Part shown: positions 47,898 through 56,928 of the stretch, one piece after another
Layout of the letters: every line of letters begins with the position of its first letter
Numbering within the stretch: the stretch's first letter is position 1
Assembly: GCF_947499565.1 (NCBI RefSeq)
Contig: NZ_CANMOV010000006.1
Strand: one strand, 5' to 3'
Source: an uncultured Croceitalea sp.
GTDB lineage: Bacteria > Bacteroidota > Bacteroidia > Flavobacteriales > Flavobacteriaceae
DNA length: 64,000 bases
Notes under the pieces: generated by a model
Told to the model about the DNA's origin: nothing
Databases searched by the model: none
Seen by the model: only the letters and a program-made list of their open reading frames with translations
Translations under genes and position numbers: made by a program

Positions 47898-49103
47898 TCA
47901 CACTCTTTCTATAATCGCAGCATAGCCTTGTCCTACACCTATGCACATTGTAACTAAAGCGTACTTTTTTTGTTGTTCATGTAATTCCAAAGCGGCGGAA
48001 TATGCAATTCTAGCACCCGTTACACCTAAAGGATGACCTATAGCTACAGAACCGCCATTTGGATTCAATCTCGGGTCATTATCCGCCAATCCCCATGCCC
48101 GAGTACAAGCCAATGCTTGGGCAGCAAATGCTTCGTTCAATTCTATGACATCCATATCTTCCATGGTCAATCCAGCTTTTGCCAATGCCTTATTAGAGGC
48201 TTCAACAGGACCAATACCCATTATCCTTGGTTCCACACCTACCACTGCAGAACTTACTATTCTTGCCAAGGGTTTAAGATTGTATTTTTTAATGGCATCT
48301 TCAGATGCTATAATGGTTGCCGCAGCGCCATCATTTAATCCAGAAGAATTTCCTGCAGTTACACTACCTCCTTCTTTTTTAAATGCTGGACGCAGTTTTG
48401 CTAAAATCGCTTTTGTTGTTGTTGGTTTTACAAATTCATCTTTAGAAAATAGGATAGGATCTTTTTTACGCTGTGGAATTTCAACAGTGACAATCTCCTT
48501 AGCCAAACGCCCATTTTCTTGAGCTTTAGTAGCTTTCATTTGACTCCAATATGCAAATGCGTCTTGGTCTTCTCGAGAGATGTTATATTTTTCTACTAAA
48601 TTTTCGGCAGTATTTCCCATACCGTCTGTTCCGTAGAGTTTTTGCATTTTAGGGTTGATAAAACGCCATCCAAAGGTAGAATCGTACATTTTGGAATCTC
48701 CACCAAATCCCGTAGATGGTTTTGCAATAACATAAGGGCCTCTAGTCATATTCTCTACTCCACCGGCTATAAAAACATCTCCGTCACCGGCCTTAATAGC
48801 TCGGTTTGCATGAATCATAGCAGATAAGCCCGAACTGCATAATCGGTTCACAGTTTCTCCAGGAACTGTAAAGGGTAATCCAGCTAAAAGTGATGCCATA
48901 CGCCCTACATTGCGGTTATCTTCACCTGCCTGGTTTGCGCAACCCATAATTACATCATCATAAGCTTCTTTAGGAATATTTGGATTACGAGCTACTACCT
49001 CTTTAATTACCAATGCTCCCAAATCATCCGTTCTTACAGCAGACAAGGTTCCTTTATAGTTGCCTATTGGTGTTCTAATACCGTCTATTATATATGCTTC
49101 CAT
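47898..49103 (-). CDS. pcaF: 3-oxoadipyl-CoA / 3-oxo-5,6-dehydrosuberyl-CoA thiolase (PcaF/PaaJ)
   Basis: NRLCSSG, GNSSGLNDGA, ELNEAFA, AIGHPLG and CIGVGQG motifs. Confidence 0.92.
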   Translation of the reverse strand: MEAYIIDGIRTPIGNYKGTLSAVRTDDLGALVIKEVVARNPNIPKEAYDDVIMGCANQAGEDNRNVGRMASLLAGLPFTVPGETVNRLCSSGLSAMIHANRAIKAGDGDVFIAGGVENMTRGPYVIAKPSTGFGGDSKMYDSTFGWRFINPKMQKLYGTDGMGNTAENLVEKYNISREDQDAFAYWSQMKATKAQENGRLAKEIVTVEIPQRKKDPILFSKDEFVKPTTTKAILAKLRPAFKKEGGSVTAGNSSGLNDGAAATIIASEDAIKKYNLKPLARIVSSAVVGVEPRIMGIGPVEASNKALAKAGLTMEDMDVIELNEAFAAQALACTRAWGLADNDPRLNPNGGSVAIGHPLGVTGARIAYSAALELHEQQKKYALVTMCIGVGQGYAAIIERV

Positions 49104-49111
49104 TCAAAATA

Positions 49112-49184
49112 TAAAAGTTGAAATGTAAAAGTTGAAATGTAAAAGTTGATTTTAATACCTTGCATTTCTATAATTTTACATTTA
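49112..49184. repeat. Short tandem and inverted repeats downstream of the four-helix-bundle gene
   Basis: TAAAAGTTGAAATG x2.7 (49112-49149), then an imperfect inverse CATTTCTATAATTTTACATTTA (49163-49184). Confidence 0.7.
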
Positions 49185-49556
49185 TTATTTTTCGATTCTT
49201 TTATTTGTTGTTTTAATACTTGAGGTGAAAATAGCGACCAGCTCATTACATTCTTTAATGATTAATTCAAAAACCTCTTTATTCTCTACTAAATTTGATT
49301 TTTCAAGAATTTGTAAATTAACTTGTGACTCTCGCAATTCTTTTAAACATATTTTCATTTTATGAATAAAATCTCTTTTTGATTCAGCGCCTTGGGCTTC
49401 TCCATAATTTAGAGCAGATGAAGTTACAGAACGAATTAATTGTTTTATTAAGTGCTCTGTTGCAAAGCCTTTCTTCAAAATAGAAACATTGGAAATAATT
49501 AATGCCGAAAACACTACTAATCTCTCTTGCAGATTATATTTGGAATTACTTTTCAA
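49185..49556 (-). CDS. Four-helix-bundle protein (23S rRNA IVP / TIGR02436-like)
   Basis: QLIRSVTSSALNYGEAQGAESKRDFIHKMKICLKELRES signature. Confidence 0.9.
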   Translation of the reverse strand: MKSNSKYNLQERLVVFSALIISNVSILKKGFATEHLIKQLIRSVTSSALNYGEAQGAESKRDFIHKMKICLKELRESQVNLQILEKSNLVENKEVFELIIKECNELVAIFTSSIKTTNKRIEK

Positions 49557-49587
49557 TTTATTATTTTAAATTTTTCAGTTTTAACTT

Positions 49588-49995
49588 TCATTTTTCCCAA
49601 TCCTTTTGAGTTCTATAAACCACACCTTTAAAAAGTGCCACTAATTCTTCCTTACGTTTAACTTCTATAATATTGAAACCCAATTTATTATTTACTTTTT
49701 CTATTACCGATTCCGCTACCAACTCATCACCTTCATTTAATGCTTCAATATGATTGATGCTTGTTTCTATTGAAACCGCATATTTACCATGCGTATTCGC
49801 GGCAAATCCAAAAGCCGTATCTGCTAATGCATAGCTGATTCCTCCATGGGCTTTGCCCATACTATTTAGCATTTCTTTTCTTACCGTCATCCCAACTTTA
49901 CACCGCCCTATTTCACATTCCAAAATTTCAATACCCAACCAACTGCTATAAGGGTCTTGAGATAACATCTTATATGGAATAGTTTCTCCTTTCAT
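49588..49995 (-). CDS. paaI: PaaI hotdog thioesterase
   Basis: NSMGKAHGGISYALADTAFG motif; true start ATG 49995. The ORF-track extension runs through a repeat. Confidence 0.9.
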   Translation of the reverse strand: MKGETIPYKMLSQDPYSSWLGIEILECEIGRCKVGMTVRKEMLNSMGKAHGGISYALADTAFGFAANTHGKYAVSIETSINHIEALNEGDELVAESVIEKVNNKLGFNIIEVKRKEELVALFKGVVYRTQKDWEK

Positions 49996-50007
49996 AATAT
50001 ATTCATC

Positions 50008-50086
50008 GTCATTTCGAGTGATTTTTGAAAAAAAATTATATCGAGAACTCTCGTTTGTTCCCGATACGCTTTGCACTCGAACAGAC
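50008..50086. repeat. Family B REP doublet between paaH and paaI
   Basis: GTCATTTCGAGTG...TATCGAGAAC-spacer-GTTCCCGATAC...CACTCGAACAGAC. Confidence 0.82.
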
Positions 50087-50087
50087 G

Positions 50088-51245
50088 CTAGTTAAAAAAT
50101 TTCTTTTTTCCTCTATTCATCTTACGCAATAACGGACTGCAGCGATATCTATCTTCATGGTATTCATTGTATAGTTCGTCCAATTGCGAAACACACCAAT
50201 CAATTCCTTTTTCATCTGCCCATGCCAATAAGCCTTTTGGATAATTCACCCCTTTAGTCATGGCATTATCTATGTCTTCTGCTGATGCTATCTTTAAAAA
50301 TAAAGCATCCGCTGCTTCATTAATTAACATTACTAAAACACGATTAAATATTTTTTCCGCTAATGCTTTATCCTCTATGGGATTCGGTTTTGATGCACCT
50401 TCCGAATAATCGTAATAGCCTCTTCCAGATTTGCGCCCTAAATATCCTGCTTCTGAAAAACGTTTTTGCGTAAATGCTGGCTTATATCTTGCATCGAAAT
50501 AAAATGCCGTGAATACAGTTTCGGTCACCGTATAATTCACATCGTTTCCTATAAAATCCATCAATTCAAATGGTCCCATTCTAAAACCACCTAAGGTTTT
50601 TAAACTCCAATCAATCGTTGCAAAATCTGCAATACCTTCCTCATAAACACGTAAAGCTTCTCCATAAAAAGGTCTCGCTACTCGATTAACAATAAAACCA
50701 GGGGTGTCTTTAGCAACAGCCACTACTTTTTTCCAATCTGAAATCGTTTGAATTGCCTTATCTAAAACTTCTTTTGATGTTTGTATTGCAGGAATTACCT
50801 CCACCAATTTCATTAACGGTGCAGGGTTAAAAAAATGAATTCCAACACAACGTTCTGGTTTTTTAAGAGATGCAGCTATTGATGCTATGGATAAACTTGA
50901 AGTGTTTGAAGCGATGATACAATCATCAGAAACATAAGCCTCTATTTCTGAAAACAATTTCTGTTTGATATTCAAATTTTCAACAATAGCTTCAATGGTT
51001 AAATTAGAATCACCTAAGTCTTTAAGGCTATCTACATAAGAGATATTTGCTTGAATTCTATTTTTTTCATTGGCATCAATTCGTCCTTTTTCAATAAGAC
51101 GATTTAATATTTTTCCAAGATTGGTTTTAGCGTTATTTAAAGCCTCTTGACTTGTATCGTATAATTTAACCTTACAATCTGCAGTAGCTGCAACTTGCGC
51201 AATTCCACTGCCCATTGTACCAGAGCCTATAATCCCAACATTCAT
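50088..51245 (-). CDS. paaH: 3-hydroxyadipyl-CoA dehydrogenase
   Basis: GSGTMGSGIA, ASNTSSL, HFFNP, PGFIVNR and MGPFELMD motifs. Confidence 0.9.
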   Translation of the reverse strand: MNVGIIGSGTMGSGIAQVAATADCKVKLYDTSQEALNNAKTNLGKILNRLIEKGRIDANEKNRIQANISYVDSLKDLGDSNLTIEAIVENLNIKQKLFSEIEAYVSDDCIIASNTSSLSIASIAASLKKPERCVGIHFFNPAPLMKLVEVIPAIQTSKEVLDKAIQTISDWKKVVAVAKDTPGFIVNRVARPFYGEALRVYEEGIADFATIDWSLKTLGGFRMGPFELMDFIGNDVNYTVTETVFTAFYFDARYKPAFTQKRFSEAGYLGRKSGRGYYDYSEGASKPNPIEDKALAEKIFNRVLVMLINEAADALFLKIASAEDIDNAMTKGVNYPKGLLAWADEKGIDWCVSQLDELYNEYHEDRYRCSPLLRKMNRGKKKFFN

Positions 51246-52022
51246 TTATTCTCCTTTAAAATTTGGTTTGCGTTTTTCAATAAAAGCTGAGACTCCTTCA
51301 TTATAATCTTTGCTTTCAGAAGCTTCTATTTGATATTTTGATTCTAAGATTAATTGTCCTTCCAAATCATTACCTAAAGACGCGTTCAATGCTTTTTTAA
51401 TTAGACCTAAAGCTTTGGTCGGCATTTTGCCCACTTTAATTGCAAGATTTCTCACATATTCGTCAAAATCGTTAGAAGCTACTGCCTTATATATCATACC
51501 CATTTTTTCAGCTTCCTCAGCTGAAATCTTATCTCCTAACATTGCTAGTGCGCTTGCTTTTTGAAAACCTATTAGTCTAGGCAAGAAAAAAGTTCCTCCA
51601 CTATCTGGAATCAACCCTATCTTACTAAAAGCCTGAATAAAGCTAGCATTAGTATTCGCAACTACAATATCACAAGCTAAAGCAATATTTGCACCTGCAC
51701 CTGCTGCAACTCCATTAACAGCAGCTATTATAGGTTTCTCTATTTTTCTGACACGTCTAATTATAGGGTTATAGTGTTCTTCCAGAATATTTTTAAATCC
51801 CGGATTCTCTTCGGGATTGGTTACTTCTTTTAGGTCTTGCCCAGCACAGAAAGCCTTCCCATTTCCTGTTAAAACTATAGCTCTTACCTGTGAATTAGTT
51901 TCGCATTCATCTAAGGTATTTTGAAGCTTAAGTGCCATTTCTCTATTAAAACTATTGAAAACTTCGGGCCTATTTAAAGCTATGTATGCTACTCCTTCTT
52001 CAATTTGTACTGCTATCGACAT
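51246..52022 (-). CDS. paaG: Ring 1,2-epoxyphenylacetyl-CoA isomerase
   Basis: AFCAGQDL, GAGANIALACD and GLIPDSGG motifs. Confidence 0.88.
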   Translation of the reverse strand: MSIAVQIEEGVAYIALNRPEVFNSFNREMALKLQNTLDECETNSQVRAIVLTGNGKAFCAGQDLKEVTNPEENPGFKNILEEHYNPIIRRVRKIEKPIIAAVNGVAAGAGANIALACDIVVANTNASFIQAFSKIGLIPDSGGTFFLPRLIGFQKASALAMLGDKISAEEAEKMGMIYKAVASNDFDEYVRNLAIKVGKMPTKALGLIKKALNASLGNDLEGQLILESKYQIEASESKDYNEGVSAFIEKRKPNFKGE

Positions 52023-52026
52023 AGTA

Positions 52027-52527
52027 TTATTTTAAGCATTTGAAATAATCGAACGGTTCTAGGCATTCGTTACATTGAAACTGTGCTTTACATGCTGTTG
52101 AACCAAACTGACTCACCATTCTTGTATTTTTGGAACCACAGTTGGTACATTTTACCAATTGCTTACCTCCCAGTAAAACACTTTTATCTGCCTCCTCATC
52201 TAGCGGAGCTGCAATACCGTATTCTTCTAACATTCTTCTGCCTTTTGGCGTAATCCAATCCGTAGTCCACGCTGGGGCTAATATTAGCTCTACCTCCGAC
52301 TTATAATTAGCTTCGAAAAGTGCTTTTTTAATATCATCTCCAATTACATCCATAGCAGGACATCCACTATATGTTGGAGTAATCTGTATTAAAGCAATAC
52401 CTTCTTCTATTATAGCAGAACGCACCACTCCCATATCCATAATAGATAATACTGGTATCTCTGGATCTGATACTTTTTCCAATATTAGACTTAAGCGTTC
52501 ATCAATATTTTGTGCTGTAGCTACCAT
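52027..52527 (-). CDS. paaD: Phenylacetyl-CoA epoxidase subunit D
   Basis: DPEIP, TPTYSGCPA, WTTDW, CTNC...FGSTACKA and CLEPFDYFK motifs. Confidence 0.93.
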   Translation of the reverse strand: MVATAQNIDERLSLILEKVSDPEIPVLSIMDMGVVRSAIIEEGIALIQITPTYSGCPAMDVIGDDIKKALFEANYKSEVELILAPAWTTDWITPKGRRMLEEYGIAAPLDEEADKSVLLGGKQLVKCTNCGSKNTRMVSQFGSTACKAQFQCNECLEPFDYFKCLK

Positions 52528-52574
52528 AATAACTAGTCATAAACTTGAAAGACTCCAGTCCTTACAAGAATTTA

Positions 52575-53330
52575 TTACCATTCCATATTTGGATAGGTAC
52601 GTTGCATAAATTGCATATCATTTAACAAGTAACCCATATGCTCCGTATGTATGCCTTCTTTACCTCCTTTTTGAAACCACTTGGAATCCGGAATAACAAT
52701 ATTAGCCTCAGTAAGAAGTGTATTTACTATCTTATAATACTTAGATTTAAGCACTGTAACATCAACTCCAATACCTTCTTTCACCATAGCCTTATCTGCA
52801 TCTGTTAGGTGAAATAACTCATCTGTATACGTCCAAAGATTATCTACAGCTTCTTGTACTTTTAAATTGCTTTCTTTAGTACCATCACCTAGACGTTTTA
52901 CCCAATCCGATGAAAATCGTCTATGATAACTTACCTCTTTAATACTTTTCTTCGCAATTGCAACTAAAGTGATATCATGGCTCTTCTGTAATTCTTCTAA
53001 AAAGAGATTATTATAGATATCAAATAAAAATTGCCGAACAATTGTATAAGCAAAATCAGTGTTTGGTTGCTCTACCAAAAGAACGTTTACATATTCTTTC
53101 TCTTTTCTTAAAAAAGCAATGCTATCTTCTGTTACATTATCTCCTTTTAATTTTGAAGCATATTGATAATAACTTCGCACTTGACCTAATAAATCTAAAG
53201 AGATATTAGTACATGCAATATCTGTTTCCAGACTTGGTCCATGACCGCAAAGTTCCCCTAAACGCTGTCCTAGAATAAGGTTATTATCCGCTATACCAAG
53301 AATATAATTATATAGGTTTTCGTTTTTCAT
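52575..53330 (-). CDS. paaC: Phenylacetyl-CoA epoxidase subunit C
   Basis: LGQRLGELCGHGPSLETD, KEVSYH and HTEHMG motifs. Confidence 0.95.
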   Translation of the reverse strand: MKNENLYNYILGIADNNLILGQRLGELCGHGPSLETDIACTNISLDLLGQVRSYYQYASKLKGDNVTEDSIAFLRKEKEYVNVLLVEQPNTDFAYTIVRQFLFDIYNNLFLEELQKSHDITLVAIAKKSIKEVSYHRRFSSDWVKRLGDGTKESNLKVQEAVDNLWTYTDELFHLTDADKAMVKEGIGVDVTVLKSKYYKIVNTLLTEANIVIPDSKWFQKGGKEGIHTEHMGYLLNDMQFMQRTYPNMEW

Positions 53331-53614
53331 TACATATGCTTTACATCATCAGGCAAGTCATAAAAAGTAGGGTGTCTGTACACCTTATCTTGCGCTGGCT
53401 CAAACAACTCTCCATTATTCTCAGGATTGGAGGCAGTAATATGTCTAGATTCTACTACCCAGATACTTACTCCTTCATTTCTTCTTGTATATACATCACG
53501 TGCATTTTCTAGAGCCATAGCTTCATCTGCAGCATGTAAGCTTCCAAAATGACGGTGCTCTAAACCATTTTTACTCCGAACAAAAACTTCCCAAAGTGGC
53601 CAATTCTTTTTCAT
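53330..53614 (-). CDS. paaB: Phenylacetyl-CoA epoxidase subunit B
   Basis: WEVF...HFGSLHA...ARDVYTRR.EGVSIWVV...YRHPTFY. Confidence 0.96.
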   Translation of the reverse strand: MKKNWPLWEVFVRSKNGLEHRHFGSLHAADEAMALENARDVYTRRNEGVSIWVVESRHITASNPENNGELFEPAQDKVYRHPTFYDLPDDVKHM

Positions 53615-53615
53615 C

Positions 53616-54572
53616 TTAAACTACTTTTTCTATTTTTTTATTAGACTGCTTTTCCGCATATGCCATGGCGGCATCGCGAACCCAAGCACCTTTTTCCCAT
53701 GCGCCTTTTCTTGCATTTAGACGTTCTTTATTACAAGGGCCATGACCTTTTACAACTTGCCAAAACTCATCCCACTGAATTTCACCAAAATTATAATGTC
53801 CAGTTTCTTCATTCCATTTTAAATCTGTATCGGGAATTTTTAAGCCAAGAATATCTGCTTGTGGCACTGTTTGATCTATAAATTGCTGTCGTAATTCGTC
53901 ATTTGTTTTACGCTTTAGCTTCCATTTCATGGATTGCTCCGTATGCACAGATTCCGCATCTGTTGGCCCTAACATCATTAAAGATGGCCACCACCATCTA
54001 TTTAATGCATCTTGTGCCATTTCTTTTTGCTCAGGAGTGCCATTACACAACTTATACATAATCTCAAACCCTTGTCTTTGATGAAAACTTTCTTCCTTAC
54101 AAACACGAACCATAGCTCTAGCATAAGGTCCAAAAGAAGTACTACAAAGTGGCACTTGATTAATAATTGCAGCACCATCTACCAACCAACCAATAGCTCC
54201 CATATCTGCCCATGTAAGCGTAGGGTAGTTAAAAATACTAGAGTATTTAGCTTTTCCAGAGTGTAATTGTTCATACAATTCGTCTCTTGAAACTCCTAAG
54301 GTTTCACAAGCACTATATAAATACAATCCATGTCCTGCTTCATCTTGCACTTTTGCCAACAAGGCGACTTTTCTTCTTAAAGAAGGTGCTCTAGTAATCC
54401 AGTTCCCCTCAGGAAGCATCCCTACAATCTCTGAGTGGGCATGCTGAGAAATTTGCCGAATATGAGTCTTTCGGTATTTTTCTGGCATCCAATCTTTAGG
54501 TTCAATTTTTTCATCACGTGCAATACGCGCATCAAAATCTGCTTCTAAACTCTTTATCTGTTCTTCACTCAT
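53616..54572 (-). CDS. paaA: Phenylacetyl-CoA epoxidase subunit A
   Basis: [25 protein letters not shown] and KEESFH di-iron motifs. Confidence 0.97.
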   Translation of the reverse strand: MSEEQIKSLEADFDARIARDEKIEPKDWMPEKYRKTHIRQISQHAHSEIVGMLPEGNWITRAPSLRRKVALLAKVQDEAGHGLYLYSACETLGVSRDELYEQLHSGKAKYSSIFNYPTLTWADMGAIGWLVDGAAIINQVPLCSTSFGPYARAMVRVCKEESFHQRQGFEIMYKLCNGTPEQKEMAQDALNRWWWPSLMMLGPTDAESVHTEQSMKWKLKRKTNDELRQQFIDQTVPQADILGLKIPDTDLKWNEETGHYNFGEIQWDEFWQVVKGHGPCNKERLNARKGAWEKGAWVRDAAMAYAEKQSNKKIEKVV

Positions 54573-54594
54573 AGCTTATGTTATTTGCGAATTG

Positions 54595-55668
54595 TTAAAC
54601 ATCAAAATCAACTTTAACCGCATTACTGGTAGGAACGGCCTGGCAACTAAGTACTAGGTTTTTTGCAACTTCATCTTCTTCTAATGCATAATTAACCTTC
54701 ATTTCTACAGAACCTTCTACTATTCTACATTTACAGGTGCTACATACTCCCCCTTTACATGCAAATGGTAAATCTGCTCCAGCAGCCAAGGCACCATCAA
54801 GAATAGTATCAAAATCATCATCCATGACAAAATGGAATTCTTTGCCCGCATCTATAATAGTAACTTCTGTTCCTTCAACTTTTTGTTCAAGAGCCGCTGC
54901 AATTTGTATTTCTGAAGCTTCAGTAGTCCCCGTAAAAAACAGTTCAAAATGAATCTTTTCTTTTGCTAAACCAGCTTCTTGTAAAGTATCCCTTATTAAA
55001 AAAACCATTTCTTGTGGACCACATAAAAAACAGTTTGAAGTATCTTCTATATCAATAAAAGTTTTTGTTAGTATGGCCAACTTTTCCTGATCAAATCTGC
55101 CGTTTAAAAAAGGGATATCCCGCTTTTCTTTAGTTAAAAAGTAAAATACCTGGAAACGTCCAAAAAACTGATTCTTAAGCCTTTCTATTTCTTCTTTAAA
55201 GATAATGGATTTAACCGTTCTATTTAGATAGAATAGTTTAAAGGTACTTTCTGGCTCTTTAGCTAGATGCGTTTTTATTATAGAAAGTATAGGAGTTATT
55301 CCACTTCCTGCTGCAAAAGCAATATGGTTTTTTGCTTTATTTTCTTCAACGTCTACATAAAACTTACCAGCAGGAGGCATTACTTCTATACTATCACCAT
55401 GCTCCAACACCTCATTCGCATAAGTAGAAAAAATTCCACCAGGAATCCGTTTAATAGCTACCTTCCATTTATTTTCCAACGGACTAGAACAAAGGGAATA
55501 TGATCTTCTAACTTCTTCTCCGCGTATTTTTTTACGTAAGGTTAAATATTGACCCTGCTTAAATGAAAATTTATCATGTAAATTCTCTGGAATTGCAAAA
55601 GAGACCACACTGCAATCTTTAGTCTCTTTATAAACCTCAGCGATTTTGACTTCGTAAAAATTAGACAT
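54595..55668 (-). CDS. paaE: Phenylacetyl-CoA epoxidase reductase subunit
   Basis: RRSYSLCS FAD motif, AAGSGITP, and 2Fe-2S motif ACKGGVCSTC...C. Confidence 0.94.
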   Translation of the reverse strand: MSNFYEVKIAEVYKETKDCSVVSFAIPENLHDKFSFKQGQYLTLRKKIRGEEVRRSYSLCSSPLENKWKVAIKRIPGGIFSTYANEVLEHGDSIEVMPPAGKFYVDVEENKAKNHIAFAAGSGITPILSIIKTHLAKEPESTFKLFYLNRTVKSIIFKEEIERLKNQFFGRFQVFYFLTKEKRDIPFLNGRFDQEKLAILTKTFIDIEDTSNCFLCGPQEMVFLIRDTLQEAGLAKEKIHFELFFTGTTEASEIQIAAALEQKVEGTEVTIIDAGKEFHFVMDDDFDTILDGALAAGADLPFACKGGVCSTCKCRIVEGSVEMKVNYALEEDEVAKNLVLSCQAVPTSNAVKVDFDV

Positions 55669-55684
55669 ATAAAACTAATTAACT

Positions 55685-55702
55685 AACTAACGATTGTTAG
55701 TT
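55685..55702. promoter_or_regulatory. PaaR-like operator copy 1, upstream of paaE
   Basis: Palindrome AACTAAC-GATT-GTTAGTT; its core CTAACGATTGTTAG has one mismatch to the CNAACGNNCGTTNG consensus recalled for Thermus PaaR. Confidence 0.75.
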
Positions 55703-55709
55703 TAATAAA

Positions 55710-55717
55710 CAAAGCTA
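55710..55717 (-). promoter_or_regulatory. Bacteroidetes sigma-A -7 element for the paa operon
   Basis: TAGCTTTG (TAnnTTTG) on the minus strand, 7 nt upstream of the operator. Confidence 0.6.
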
Positions 55718-55726
55718 CAAAAAAAA

Positions 55727-56296
55727 TTATATTGCTATCCCGTTTATTAACACTTTACTGAGTTCTTTAGCGAGTTTTTCCGGATTAAGATCTTCCTTTT
55801 TAGGAATCCATAAATACAGTGACCTTAAAGTAGAAAGTACAGAAAATAGAATAACATCCACGCTTACAGCTGTAATCTCCTTTTTAAAAACCCCGTCCTT
55901 TATAATAAACCGTATATCGTCTTCATAATCTAATCGTAGCTTTAAATAGTATTCTAACTTCTCTTCCAAATGCATCCAATCATTGTTTAAGGAAGCCATA
56001 CCATCCGTATTGGAGCTCGTAATTTTTATATGTAAGGCTACTATTGCCTCCATTTTCTCTAAACTAGTTGCTTGCGAATTTTTAATCTTGGTTAAACCAT
56101 TTGTAAATGCCTCAGCTAGCTTAATAATGATATCTTTTAATATATCCTGTTTAGAACTTATATGATTGTATAAACTTGCCGCTTTCATATCCATGTCCGT
56201 AGCAATATCTCTCATGGTAACCGCACTATACCCCTTTTCTTTAAATAAAGCCGCAGCCACTTTTATTATTTCTTCTTTTCGAGTCTCTTTTTTCAT
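55727..56296 (-). CDS. TetR-family regulator (PaaR-like)
   Basis: AAALFKEKGYSAVTMRDIA...AASLYNHISSK HTH; lies directly upstream of the paa operon. Confidence 0.9.
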   Translation of the reverse strand: MKKETRKEEIIKVAAALFKEKGYSAVTMRDIATDMDMKAASLYNHISSKQDILKDIIIKLAEAFTNGLTKIKNSQATSLEKMEAIVALHIKITSSNTDGMASLNNDWMHLEEKLEYYLKLRLDYEDDIRFIIKDGVFKKEITAVSVDVILFSVLSTLRSLYLWIPKKEDLNPEKLAKELSKVLINGIAI

Positions 56297-56300
56297 AAAA

Positions 56301-56927
56301 TCATTCTATCAAAACACGCATAGGTTTAATTAAGCTTTCCAAATTATCTACTTTTTGCTCTTTGTACACTAGCTTCCAACCCATAGCATCGGTGAGTACT
56401 AAAAATTTTCCAAGCTCGCTTATCAATCGATTTTGCGCATTGGATTTTAGTGATGAGTTTTCTATTTTTTTTAATAAGGAAGCATTTACATTGCGCTTAA
56501 TGGTATTGTAATCTTCCGCTCCAAACTGATTTAGGTAATCTGCACTTACATCATAGTACTCAAAATCTGGACTTATCTTAATTTCTGGGTCTGGAATATT
56601 TTTTAGATAAAGTGTCTTTTGATCTTCGGCAATATCAAACGTAATTTTACTTAAATCGTAAGCAATCGTAACATCAGCATTAACAACCACCAATGCTTTT
56701 TTATCTGCTGTAATAAGTGGGCCAAAAAGTTCCTTAGAATCCGCATAGGTATATACCTCAGCAAAATGCCCTTCTGTTACAACTAGCTTAGAAACATTCT
56801 TAATCTGTTGCTCTAGGAGCATCGAATTTTCTTTAAGTACTTTCTTATTGGAGTTAGCATCCGTACATGATTTATAAATCAAGACCGATGCAAGGGCAAT
56901 GACAGCTCCAACTAGTACTTTTTTCAT
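56301..56927 (-). CDS. DUF4230 domain protein
   Basis: N-terminal TM; KLVVTEGHF and VNADVTIAYDLSKI motifs. Confidence 0.82.
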   Translation of the reverse strand: MKKVLVGAVIALASVLIYKSCTDANSNKKVLKENSMLLEQQIKNVSKLVVTEGHFAEVYTYADSKELFGPLITADKKALVVVNADVTIAYDLSKITFDIAEDQKTLYLKNIPDPEIKISPDFEYYDVSADYLNQFGAEDYNTIKRNVNASLLKKIENSSLKSNAQNRLISELGKFLVLTDAMGWKLVYKEQKVDNLESLIKPMRVLIE

Positions 56928-56928
56928 A

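Noticed and set aside
47896-47946. Upstream extension of paaZ
   Set aside because: It overlaps the thiolase 3' end; ATG 47895 lies 2 nt after the thiolase stop.
49996-50076. 27-aa N-terminal extension of PaaI
   Set aside because: It is encoded by the family B repeat; ATG 49995 gives a normal-sized PaaI.
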